Positions 8,208 to 17,121 of a stretch of DNA of 31,243 nt are shown here, piece by piece. Below the pieces are notes generated by a model, which was given only the letters and a program-made list of their open reading frames with translations, was not told where the DNA came from and ran no database searches. The position numbers and the translations under genes were made by a program. The stretch lies in IMG/VR virus record IMGVR_UViG_3300037851_000533, positions 1 through 31,243 of that record. One strand, 5' to 3'. The number at the start of each line of letters is the position of its first letter. The stretch's first letter is position 1. This stretch comes from a virus. Lineage: Duplodnaviria > Caudoviricetes.

Positions 8208-8951
8208 ATGAAAAAAGCACTTCTCTTTGCGGCAACGGCGGTTGTCTTGCTGCATTTTTCACCGGCGCAAGCGCAGACGCAAACGCTAGACAATAGCGCG
8301 CAAGCCAATTCCAACGCCAATTCGGGTTCGTATTCTGCTTCCGGTGCAAGCTCTGACCAGTCGCAAGGTCAATCACAGGGGCAGAATCAGGGTCAATCGC
8401 AGGGACAAAATCAAGCGCAAAACCTGCAATCGTCGCAAGCCCTTCAATCGTCGCAAGGCAATGCTCAGAACATCACATTCAATAGCAAGTCGCCGGACAA
8501 GCTTGAAGTGATGGCTAACCAGAACGTTCCACTCGCGGCATCGGTCAGTTTCTCCAGCGATTATTGCTCCGGCACGGCTTCCGGCGGCGTTTCAACGTCA
8601 CTCGGCTTTAGCCTTGGCGGCGCTAAGCCGGTTGAGGACAATAATTGCCAAGCCCTTCGTCGCGCAGAAAAATACAGCATCATCTCGGTCACGGCCAAAA
8701 ATATGGGTTACCATGACTGGGCCGGTAAGTTGATGAGTATGTCGATCTTTGAACTCTGCCGTGCAACGCGCTCGGATACGCCCAAGGGCAGCGGTGATCC
8801 TTGCGTCACTGTCGGCTTGCTTGGCATGAGTGAAACGCCTCCTGCTGAAGCAGCCGCTTCCGTAAAGGCAACGCCCGCACAGGATGCAGGCGACAACCCT
8901 GTTCAGACCACTCCGGTCTTGAGCGCCGCTGCCGTTGCTTTCCGACCCTAG
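8208..8951 (+). CDS. Secreted protein with Q/S/N/G low-complexity region and a four-Cys domain
   Basis: RBS AAGGAG; signal peptide MKKALLFAA...AQA; (S/N)QGQ repeats; CSGTASGGVS...DNNC; Pro/Ala-rich tail. Confidence 0.85.
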   Translation: MKKALLFAATAVVLLHFSPAQAQTQTLDNSAQANSNANSGSYSASGASSDQSQGQSQGQNQGQSQGQNQAQNLQSSQALQSSQGNAQNITFNSKSPDKLEVMANQNVPLAASVSFSSDYCSGTASGGVSTSLGFSLGGAKPVEDNNCQALRRAEKYSIISVTAKNMGYHDWAGKLMSMSIFELCRATRSDTPKGSGDPCVTVGLLGMSETPPAEAAASVKATPAQDAGDNPVQTTPVLSAAAVAFRP

Positions 8952-9000
8952 CAACGGTGGCACCCCTTTAACTTAGTGCACTTTTTGAAAGGTTAGTAAC

Positions 9001-9384
9001 ATGAAAAAGCTTGTTTTTGTTCTCGCGGCTCTTGCCGTTTCTTCGCCCGCTCTCGCTGCTGAAGCTGGCGTTTCGCAGGGCGGTTCGACCGCTGTTGCTA
9101 CTTCGAGCACTGGCAGCCAGTCCGCTGGCGGTTCGGTTGCTACCCTCGCTGGCTTGACCGCACAGGGCAGCAGCGCACAGGGTGGCAACACTTCGTTTGC
9201 GCTCACCGGCATCAGCGGCAACGATACCGCAGTTCAGTCTGGCACGCAGGGCTTTACCGCGCAGCAGGGCTTTGGCGCTGCTCTCGGCTTTGCTACCTCG
9301 GTCAACCAGAACATTGCCGTTCAGACCGGTAATGCGGGCGCGCAGGTCAATCTGGTGAGCATTCAGGGTTTCATCCAGCCCTAA
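9001..9384 (+). CDS. Secreted G/A/S/T/Q-rich, nearly uncharged protein (curlin/HfaA-like composition)
   Basis: RBS GAAAGG; signal peptide MKKLVF...ALA; mature part has no K/R and only one E and one D; strongly biased codons (GCT, GGC, ACC). Confidence 0.85.
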   Translation: MKKLVFVLAALAVSSPALAAEAGVSQGGSTAVATSSTGSQSAGGSVATLAGLTAQGSSAQGGNTSFALTGISGNDTAVQSGTQGFTAQQGFGAALGFATSVNQNIAVQTGNAGAQVNLVSIQGFIQP

Positions 9385-9413
9385 GCATTGGACAGCCTCA
9401 GGCTGAATGAACG

Positions 9414-9455
9414 ACGGCGCGCAGTTTGGATGGCTCCTTCTGCGCGCCGTTTTTT
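9414..9455 (+). terminator. Intrinsic terminator closing the accessory cassette
   Basis: ACGGCGCGCAG / CTGCGCGCCGT stem followed by a T-run. Confidence 0.75.
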
Positions 9456-10931
9456 GTGATTGGAAAAAATTTGATAGGCAAAGTTTTTGGCAGGCTTACC
9501 GTTTTGCAAGAAATGGAGCCACGCAAATATAAATCCGGCGCAAAAGCCCGAATGTATCTGGTGTCTTGCGAATGCGGTAACCGAAAAGTTGTGCAATATA
9601 GCTCGTTGGTATCAGGCTTGACCCGATCATGCGGCTGTTTGCACAAAGAGCAAGCCGTTTGCAATCTTGAAAAAACGAGAGGCGTTCCCGCTTCTAACCG
9701 GCTTGATCTGACCGGCAAGCAGTTTGGCAAACTGACAATTACCGGCATTGCATATATTGAGAAACAATCAACATATTGGAATGCATTATGCGATTGCGGC
9801 AATACAAAAATTGCCAAAGGTGCGTTATTGAAGATGGGCAGCATAAAATCTTGTGGTTGTCGCAAATTAGAGGCTAGTTTTGAAAACGGAAAAGCAAATG
9901 CGGGCAAGAAAAATGTTGTCAAACGGCGAAAAGCCAGAACAGCACACATTGGCAAAATTTATGGCAAACTAAAAATAAACAAGATCCATTGGGTTGCTCC
10001 GAATACGCCTGCTCTTGCTTATTGCACATGCGAATGTGGAACTGAAACAAGCTCGAACCTGAATGATATTCTGCAAGGCAAGACGCAATCTTGCGGCTGT
10101 GGCGTTCACTGGTCAAAGCCATGCGAAGAACTTTTCCAGATTGCCCTGCGATATTGCCCGGACGCAATAAAAGAGTATAGTTTCGGCAGCCGCTATCGTT
10201 ATGACATTGCTATTCCATCAAAAAAAATTGTTATCGAATTTAATGGGGCGATTTGGCATTCGATGAAATATAGAAGCGATACTGGCTTTCATCGGGACAA
10301 GCGGCTTTATGCCGAAAGTCATGGATACCGCATGATAAGCATTTGGAGCGATCAATGGGAAGCGCAGCGCGAACGCATGGTTTTATTGATTGAGCGAGCG
10401 TGTGTTGGAGGCCAGACAAAATTATATGCCCGCAAGTTGAGCGCAGGATTGGTTGATTTTTTCAAAGCGAACGCTTTCCACAAGCGTCATCATATCCAAG
10501 TTGGCCGCGTATCCGCCTCTCAAAACATTGCTCTTTTTGAAGGCGGCGAGATTGTTGCTGTCGCCAGTTTTAAAGGCAACGAACTGCTGCGATATTCGGT
10601 GAAAGACGGTGTTGGAATAGTCGGCGGCCTTGCAAAATGTATAGCCGCTTCCGGCTTGGATGTCGTTGTGACATATTGCGACCGCGATCATTTCACCGGC
10701 GGGCTGTATGCGGCTTGCGGCTTTCGGCATGTCGGCACAACTTTGCAGCTTTCCTATCTTTTCAAAGGAGAAAGATGCAGGCGCGAAAAATTTATGAAGC
10801 ATAAATTGTCCGCCCTTGGCATTGAAGTATTGCCGGATGATACGGAAAAAACGGCGCTAGAGCGCGCTGGCATTTATGGGTGCTTCAATAGTGGAATTGA
10901 TAAGTGGATTTGGCGCAAATCGGAACGCTAG
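9456..10931 (+). CDS. Hef-like homing endonuclease: three Cys-rich repeats + Vsr/DUF559-like PD-(D/E)XK domain + GNAT-like C-terminal domain
   Basis: Three GKxFG(R/K)L...C(E/D)CG...SCGC repeats; YDIAIPSKKIVIEFNGAIWHS; VAVASF...LLRY...TYCDRDHF...GF; GTG 9456 is the likely start. Confidence 0.75.
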   Translation: MIGKNLIGKVFGRLTVLQEMEPRKYKSGAKARMYLVSCECGNRKVVQYSSLVSGLTRSCGCLHKEQAVCNLEKTRGVPASNRLDLTGKQFGKLTITGIAYIEKQSTYWNALCDCGNTKIAKGALLKMGSIKSCGCRKLEASFENGKANAGKKNVVKRRKARTAHIGKIYGKLKINKIHWVAPNTPALAYCTCECGTETSSNLNDILQGKTQSCGCGVHWSKPCEELFQIALRYCPDAIKEYSFGSRYRYDIAIPSKKIVIEFNGAIWHSMKYRSDTGFHRDKRLYAESHGYRMISIWSDQWEAQRERMVLLIERACVGGQTKLYARKLSAGLVDFFKANAFHKRHHIQVGRVSASQNIALFEGGEIVAVASFKGNELLRYSVKDGVGIVGGLAKCIAASGLDVVVTYCDRDHFTGGLYAACGFRHVGTTLQLSYLFKGERCRREKFMKHKLSALGIEVLPDDTEKTALERAGIYGCFNSGIDKWIWRKSER

Positions 10932-10989
10932 ACAGCGAGCAAAGTTTAATATAAAGCCTTCAGGCATTCGCATGGCTTGGGGACGCGCA

Positions 10990-11109
10990 ATGCAGCACAA
11001 AACAATTTCTGCCGCAATCACTAAGGGTAAGGACAATAACGGCACGTTTGTTCTGACCTCCACGGCTCTTGACCGTGACGGCGATGTCATTACCGAAAGC
11101 GCGAGATAA
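10990..11109 (+). pseudogene. Orphaned 5' fragment (39 codons) of a prohead protease gene
   Basis: GTFVLTSTALDRDGDVI aligns with GTFIISSTSRDRDGDNI of 11975..12547. Confidence 0.8.
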
Positions 11110-11115
11110 ATTAAT

Positions 11116-11982
11116 ATGAATTATGAGCGCATATATAATGAATTCATCGAAAATAGGCGTTTGATTGAGCCTGCAATTTTTTCTGGTGCCAAATTAAATT
11201 TGAGGAGCAGATTGAGAAAACAAATAAAAAAAGACGGGGCATTTTTGTTTGGTAATTATGAGACTCATCATATTTTACCAAAGTCTCTTGGCGGGGATGA
11301 CGAGATTTGTAACCTTATTACACTTACTATTTCAGATCATATATTCGCGCACATGCTGCTTGCAAAAATTTATGGCGGCTCTCAATGGTTTTCCATTGAG
11401 CGTATTCTTTGCAATTATCCTGGTAAATATGTTACAGATAAACGCGTTCGCAGATTTTGTGAGAAAGCAAAAATAAAAGCAAATTTGACAAAAAGTAAGA
11501 TGATGTCAGAAATGAAAAAGGACCATGAATATATAGCCAAGATACAGGAAGGTGTATCTAAAGCTAGGGAAGATAAAAAAATATATCACTTCTGGCACTC
11601 TTTACACGGCGATGTGCATTGCACTCGCAATGAATTGGAAGCGCTTTACGGAGTAAACAAATTAACATCTTGGGCGATTTGCACTGGCAGGACTCTAATG
11701 ACTAGGAGCGGCTGGTGTGTTGTTGAATTCAATCCTGAGCGTAAGCCTCTTGATACAAGGGCTGTTCAACTGCGTGAATCAAATCCTATGAAAAGGGAAG
11801 AAATTTACGAAAAAGTTATGGCTACGCGAAAAACGTTAGATTCAAACGACCCAGGAAGGTATAAAAGATATTCGCTAAATAGAATTTACGCTAAAGGGGA
11901 AAAACATCACATGCATGGCAAGGCCCCTTTACTTGGCAAAAAGCGCATAACTGACGTTCACGGGAAGACCAGATATGTCTGA
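11116..11982 (+). CDS. Free-standing HNH homing endonuclease (Mob-like, with NUMOD3-like tail)
   Basis: MNYERIY...ETHHILPKSLGG...NLITLT...HIFAHMLL; KGEKHHMHGK; AT-rich relative to the flanks. Confidence 0.85.
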   Translation: MNYERIYNEFIENRRLIEPAIFSGAKLNLRSRLRKQIKKDGAFLFGNYETHHILPKSLGGDDEICNLITLTISDHIFAHMLLAKIYGGSQWFSIERILCNYPGKYVTDKRVRRFCEKAKIKANLTKSKMMSEMKKDHEYIAKIQEGVSKAREDKKIYHFWHSLHGDVHCTRNELEALYGVNKLTSWAICTGRTLMTRSGWCVVEFNPERKPLDTRAVQLRESNPMKREEIYEKVMATRKTLDSNDPGRYKRYSLNRIYAKGEKHHMHGKAPLLGKKRITDVHGKTRYV

Positions 11983-12547
11983 AGCGAAGCAAATTGTTGT
12001 CGGTGTTACTAAAGCTGCTGATAGCAGTTATGATGGCACGTTCATCATCTCTAGCACGTCAAGAGACCGTGATGGCGATAATATCAGCCTCAATGCGCTG
12101 AAAAACGCCGCCGGGAATCTTAAAGATGATCTGATATGCCTGTGGCAGCACAAAAGTGACGCGGTTTGCGGCGCTTGGAAAAATGTGCGTTTGAATGGGA
12201 ACACGCTGATTGCTGATCTAAAAATCGCCACCGGAACAAATCTTGGCAAGATGGTAAAGGCACTTTTGGACGCTGACGTTCCTCTGAGGGCTAGTATAGG
12301 TTTCATGGGCGTTGGAAAATATGACGAGAAAAACAAGGGCATTACGTGGGATGAAATAGAACTTATGGAAACGTCTCTCGTTTCAGTCCCCAGCAATCCA
12401 GAGGCGCGGCGCATCGCAAAAAGTTTCGGCATCGAGATGGAAGCGATAGCCGAAAAGAATGAAGCTGATATTGTTCGCCGCGCAAAACTGGCTTTGGGCG
12501 ACCGATCAACGGTTGCAATCCATCGTGCAAAAGAGGCGCTGAAATGA
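11975..12547 (+). CDS. HK97-family prohead protease
   Basis: DRDGD, LWQH (catalytic His), ASIGF (catalytic Ser), ETSLVSVPSNP. Confidence 0.92.
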   Translation: MSEAKQIVVGVTKAADSSYDGTFIISSTSRDRDGDNISLNALKNAAGNLKDDLICLWQHKSDAVCGAWKNVRLNGNTLIADLKIATGTNLGKMVKALLDADVPLRASIGFMGVGKYDEKNKGITWDEIELMETSLVSVPSNPEARRIAKSFGIEMEAIAEKNEADIVRRAKLALGDRSTVAIHRAKEALK

Positions 12548-12705
12548 AGCGCCACGATACATATTATCTACCAAGAAATGGAGAAATTCGGCATCAACGG
12601 TGGTCAATTCCGTTGGTAATGAGGGAGCATATGACAGTTTACCCCTCGCCGGAAACCGCAATTCTGCGGATGTCGCAAGCAACTCTTTTATGAGGAATTA
12701 ATGTC

Positions 12706-14163
12706 ATGAGTATTCCAGTTTCAGAACGGGTGCAAGCGGCCACGGAAGCCGATGTTGCAGCCAAAGATTCTCTTGTTGAAGTATTGAAGCAACTTGAAGA
12801 AACTCCCGATGATGAATCGTTGGTTGTTCAAGTCGAAGAACTGACCACTAAGGCCGAAAAAGCTTCTGCTCATTTGGAAAGCATGAAGCGGGCAGAAGCC
12901 GCCTTGGCCGCTCGCGCCAAGCCGGTTGCGGAAGTCACCGGCACTCCGGCAATCATTCCGAACATGGGCATCCACAAGTCGGTTAAAACGCCCGGTGAAC
13001 TGCTTTGGAAACATGCTACCGCAGCGTTTATCGGTCATGTCGAACGCAAGCATCCCGCGCAAGTCATTGAGGAGCGTTATGCTGACGATCTGCGCGTTAA
13101 GGAAACTTTCGACTATGTGCAGAAAACGGCTGTTGCGCCCGCGATGACGACTAATGCTCCATGGGCAGGCGCATTGGTTCGTGAGGACACTCGCGGCTTT
13201 ATCGAAAGTCTTGAAGCGGTATCGGTTGCGGCACAGCTTACGCGCTACGCAAACAACCTGACCTTCGATGGTTATGGTTCGATCAAAATGCCGATGGAAA
13301 ATGACCTACCGGCAACTCCGACCGAACCTGCATGGGTTGGTGAAGGCGGTGTGATTCCGCTGACTAGCTTTAGCTATGCCAGCAAAACTATCCACCCCTA
13401 CAAACTCGCAGCGGTAACTACAATGACCCGCGAGATTGTTGACCGTTCCACTCCTGCAATCGAAGCATTGGTTGAGCGCGGCTTGCGCAAGGCTTATGCA
13501 CGGGTGCTTGATAACGCGCTTATCAATCCGGCGATTGCGGCGATTGCCGATGTTCGTCCTGCTTCGCTGACTAACGGCGTTACCGCGACCGCACCGGCAG
13601 CTAGCACGGCTGACGAGAATGTGCGTGTTGACATTAAGAACCTGCTCACGGCGCTTACGTCGCACAATCTGGGTGCACGGCCTGTTCTGATTGCGAACAA
13701 CCAGAACGTGCTTGGCGCAAGCATGATGCATAATGCGATGGGCGAGGCGCTATATCGCGCTGAACTCAACAGCGGCTCTCTGTTCAGCATTCCGATTATT
13801 TCATCGGCTCATGTTCCGCTGAATCGCCTGATCATGGTTGACGCTGATTACATCGTCACTGCGTTCGGTAACATTATGTTTGACGTAAGCGATGTCGCTA
13901 CTGTGACGGAGGCCAATGCCGATACGACTGCACCGACCCAAGCCAATTATGGCGCGGCTGGTGCAGTGGGCGCGGAAGGCGGTCGCGTTGCCGTTGACGG
14001 CGGTATCCGCGTTTCGGGAACAACTGGCACTGGCTCGGCTGGTTACACGGCTCGCTCACTGTGGCAAACATATAGCGTTGGCATCCGCATGGTCGCGCAG
14101 ACGAGCTTTGCTCGCTTGAACGACAACGCCGTGCAGATGATTGCTACGGTTGACTGGGATTAA
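12706..14163 (+). CDS. Major capsid protein, HK97 fold with N-terminal delta (scaffold) domain
   Basis: Coiled-coil N-terminus, AWVGEG, YKLAAVTTMTRE, SLWQT...IR; RBS GAGGA. Confidence 0.92.
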   Translation: MSIPVSERVQAATEADVAAKDSLVEVLKQLEETPDDESLVVQVEELTTKAEKASAHLESMKRAEAALAARAKPVAEVTGTPAIIPNMGIHKSVKTPGELLWKHATAAFIGHVERKHPAQVIEERYADDLRVKETFDYVQKTAVAPAMTTNAPWAGALVREDTRGFIESLEAVSVAAQLTRYANNLTFDGYGSIKMPMENDLPATPTEPAWVGEGGVIPLTSFSYASKTIHPYKLAAVTTMTREIVDRSTPAIEALVERGLRKAYARVLDNALINPAIAAIADVRPASLTNGVTATAPAASTADENVRVDIKNLLTALTSHNLGARPVLIANNQNVLGASMMHNAMGEALYRAELNSGSLFSIPIISSAHVPLNRLIMVDADYIVTAFGNIMFDVSDVATVTEANADTTAPTQANYGAAGAVGAEGGRVAVDGGIRVSGTTGTGSAGYTARSLWQTYSVGIRMVAQTSFARLNDNAVQMIATVDWD

Positions 14164-14206
14164 TGAATAAGCGGCGGATTCCGCAAACCCCGTAGTCCGC
14201 CGTTTA

Positions 14207-14251
14207 CCCCGACTGCCTTTTGCGCCTACCACTGGGCAGTCGGGGCTTTTT
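14207..14251 (+). terminator. Terminator after the capsid gene (preceded by a second hairpin at 14171-14203)
   Basis: CCCCGACTGCC / GGCAGTCGGGG stem followed by CTTTTT. Confidence 0.7.
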
Positions 14252-14263
14252 GAGGAGACAGTT

Positions 14264-14572
14264 ATGCCTTGGCTTGTGGAACCCGGTATTCTCGGCAAAC
14301 GCCTAGTTTATCGGACATTGAATTTCGTTACTACTCATGCGGCGAAAATGCGCCGCCTTGGCGGCGGCTTTTATTCGACCGATCAGGATATTCCAGCTAC
14401 GCCAAAAGGCGATGTTGTCCCGCCTCCTCCCGGCCCGACTCCGCCTCCAGCGCCACCGCCACCGCCTTGCCCGCCAGAAGATGATCCTGTTGAAGTGAAG
14501 ACCGAACCGTGCACGTATGAAACTGCGGTCATCGAACCAAAGAAGCGGGGTCGTCCCAAAAAAGAGGGCTAA
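14264..14572 (+). CDS. Small Pro-rich protein with C-terminal AT-hook-like motif
   Basis: RBS GAGGAG; poly-Pro tract; KKRGRPKK. Confidence 0.75.
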   Translation: MPWLVEPGILGKRLVYRTLNFVTTHAAKMRRLGGGFYSTDQDIPATPKGDVVPPPPGPTPPPAPPPPPCPPEDDPVEVKTEPCTYETAVIEPKKRGRPKKEG

Positions 14573-14575
14573 GGT

Positions 14576-15643
14576 GTGGCAAATTTAATGCCATTAAGTT
14601 TCAGGCATGGCAGGTGCGCAAGACAGGTGCTTGACCGGCGTAAGGTCAAGCGCCATTTGCGTTTACCTGAAAAGATTGTCGCAGAATTGGATTTTCTCGC
14701 ACAGAGCATCGATCTCGAAAAGACATCGGCGTTTGTATTTTTTGCTGGCGCGGATTTGTGGACCATACAGACTTTGGACGTCTGTATCAGCGCTACGCAT
14801 GATACCGCTGGAACGGAAGCGAACTTTTTTTGCGGCGTAGGGGTAACATATTCGCTTTTTCACGAAGATCATAGACTTGGCCCTAAAATCATAGTGCCTT
14901 GGGATTACCTGACGCTAGATTCGGAATCAGGGGAGCATATAGTCTATAGCTGTTTGCTTGAATCTGTAAAAACACAACAAATGTATTACAGCGGTTACGT
15001 AAGAGAAAATGTTACTCGTAGCCATGTTCTTCAAAACACTACCGGCCCAAGAGATTTTTCTGACACGTTTCATCCAAGAGAGCCGACTTATATTGGTAAG
15101 ACATCGCAAGGGCTTGCGCATAGGGCGTTGCAGCATATCCAAAGCGCGGCTTCCGGGTCAAATACGAGATTTCACTTGGCGATGCGCGGCAACGACAAGT
15201 TTTTGCCTATGCTTCCTACATTTACTCCTGTGAACTCATATCCTGATTCTGACGCTGCGTACGAAGCAGAAGATGAACTGATAAAATTTTACGCTGTCGA
15301 TAATCATGAATCTATTTTCACGTTGAACACGGTTAAATCAGGCGACGCATTGAAAGAACTTCTGGAGCGCCATCCCCATCTGTTCGGCAAAGTCAGCCGC
15401 GAACATGCAGAAGAAATACTGACTAGCAGAAAGTCGGCTACGAGCCTGCTTTGGAACGATCCAGATTTCGCGGAGCGAGTAATTTGCAATAATCCACGCA
15501 ATCTGGACGCGAACACTGTTCGCAATATCAGATTCATGGCATCCTTAGGCGCGACAAGGAGAGAAATACAGAGAGCTACAGGGGTAAGCGATATGCGGAT
15601 CAAAATGCTTGTCGGCAAAAAGACCTACGGGAGAATCATGTGA
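14576..15643 (+). CDS. GIY-YIG-like homing endonuclease with C-terminal HTH
   Basis: TYIGKTSQGLAHRALQH (YIG..T...R...H), YEAEDELI (catalytic Glu), ATRREIQRATGVS HTH; GTGA overlap with portal; no clear GIY half. Confidence 0.6.
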   Translation: MANLMPLSFRHGRCARQVLDRRKVKRHLRLPEKIVAELDFLAQSIDLEKTSAFVFFAGADLWTIQTLDVCISATHDTAGTEANFFCGVGVTYSLFHEDHRLGPKIIVPWDYLTLDSESGEHIVYSCLLESVKTQQMYYSGYVRENVTRSHVLQNTTGPRDFSDTFHPREPTYIGKTSQGLAHRALQHIQSAASGSNTRFHLAMRGNDKFLPMLPTFTPVNSYPDSDAAYEAEDELIKFYAVDNHESIFTLNTVKSGDALKELLERHPHLFGKVSREHAEEILTSRKSATSLLWNDPDFAERVICNNPRNLDANTVRNIRFMASLGATRREIQRATGVSDMRIKMLVGKKTYGRIM

Positions 15644-17121
15644 CGGTTGACAAGCAGAACTTCAATCTTTCTTCATGGCTTCGCAACAACGAAGAAAAGA
15701 TCCTTGCCCCGTTGTTCGATGGTTCGGTTGACCATTCGACAAAAGGATTTCTCGGTTCCGGGATTGAAGGCTCTTGGCGCGGCCCGTTCTATGGCCAAGG
15801 TGAACTTGGTCATAGTTTCATGCTTGGGCCGCTGGAGGACGGCTGGCAGCGCAATTTGCATATTTCGCAAAATGCAGCGCGCAACTTGCCAGTCATTGCG
15901 GCAGGCCGGTCTGGTTTCAGAAACGCATGGGCTTTGCTCATTCCCCAAGTTTTGAAAGTTTCTGGCGATACGATAACCAAAGACACAAGCAGCATAGCTT
16001 TCAAGACTTTGCTCAACCCGAACCCGTATGAAACCGGCGCGGATTTCAATGCGCGTTTTATAGATCAGGTTCTGTGTCACGGTGAAGTGCTAGTCTATGG
16101 GGTAAAGAATAACCGCTACGAAACGAACGCGCTTTATATCATACCGCGCCCTGCATGGACGCCTGTTATCGACAATGAAACGGGTGCGCTGTTTTACGAC
16201 ATCAATCTGTCGATGGACGATCTGCGCGAAGGCATGGAAACAATCCGCGTTTCGCATAATGACGTCATTCATTTCAGATGGTCTTGCCCAAGGCATCCGC
16301 TGATAGGCGAAGGGCCGTTGGCAGCGGCGGCGATTTCGGCGGGTATCAATGTTGCTTTATCGGCTTCGCAGCTTGCATTTTTCAGCCAGTCGCGCAGGCC
16401 GTCCGGGATTATCTCCACCGATCAATCGTTGAATGTCGAGCAAATGAAACGCTTGCGCGAGGCATTTGACAATCAGGCGGCGGATTTGGCGCGTGGCGGG
16501 ATTCCGATCCTAGCCAACGGGATGAAATTCCAGCCGATGTCGCTGACATCGCAGGACGCGCAAGTGCTGGAGGCGATGAATTTCAGTGTTGAGGATTTGG
16601 CCCGTTGTATGTGCATCCCGCCCCAACTTGTCGGCCATTTGAAAAATGCGAATATCGCCAATACCGAGCATTTGATTAGTCACTGGCTGTCAATCGGCCT
16701 TGGCGGATTGATCGAGCGATACGAACGCCAGCTTGAACGTATCTTCAAGATGGACGGAATTACCACGAAAATTAATTTCGACCTAAGCTCGCTGTTGCGC
16801 ACTGATTTTGCCGCTCGCATGGAAGCCTATGGCAAAGGCGTTATGAGCGGTATCCTGTCGCCCAATGAAGTGCGCGAGAAGGAAGGTTTGACGGCCAAGG
16901 AAGGCGGCGACAATCTTTTCCTGCAACGCCAGCAAACACCGGTTTCGTTGCTTACCGATCTGGCTGTAAGTGAGATAGGCGCGGTTGCGCAAGGCTTGGC
17001 AAATACCGTAGAGCCTGAAAACGCGCTGCAAGAGGCAGGCGAAAAGATTGACCCGGAAGTTTCAAAGGCTCTGGTTGTTTCGATGATGGAATATAAGCGC
17101 AAGGAGGCGAAGGCAGCGTGA
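15640..17121 (+). CDS. Portal protein, HK97 family
   Basis: PNPYETG, VIHFR, GEGPL, RPSGII, GMKFQP, IPPQLVG, LLRTD, SPNEVREKEG. Confidence 0.95.
   Translation: MTVDKQNFNLSSWLRNNEEKILAPLFDGSVDHSTKGFLGSGIEGSWRGPFYGQGELGHSFMLGPLEDGWQRNLHISQNAARNLPVIAAGRSGFRNAWALLIPQVLKVSGDTITKDTSSIAFKTLLNPNPYETGADFNARFIDQVLCHGEVLVYGVKNNRYETNALYIIPRPAWTPVIDNETGALFYDINLSMDDLREGMETIRVSHNDVIHFRWSCPRHPLIGEGPLAAAAISAGINVALSASQLAFFSQSRRPSGIISTDQSLNVEQMKRLREAFDNQAADLARGGIPILANGMKFQPMSLTSQDAQVLEAMNFSVEDLARCMCIPPQLVGHLKNANIANTEHLISHWLSIGLGGLIERYERQLERIFKMDGITTKINFDLSSLLRTDFAARMEAYGKGVMSGILSPNEVREKEGLTAKEGGDNLFLQRQQTPVSLLTDLAVSEIGAVAQGLANTVEPENALQEAGEKIDPEVSKALVVSMMEYKRKEAKAA

Noticed and set aside
11090-11990. Group I intron or intein hosting the HNH gene
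   Set aside because: Only 6 nt separate the fragment stop from the HNH ATG, and the HNH overlaps the protease start, so there is no room for a ribozyme; no intein motifs.
12544-12693. 49-codon ORF between protease and capsid (ATGA-coupled)
   Set aside because: No recognisable motif and too short to support; it may be a chance or coupling ORF.
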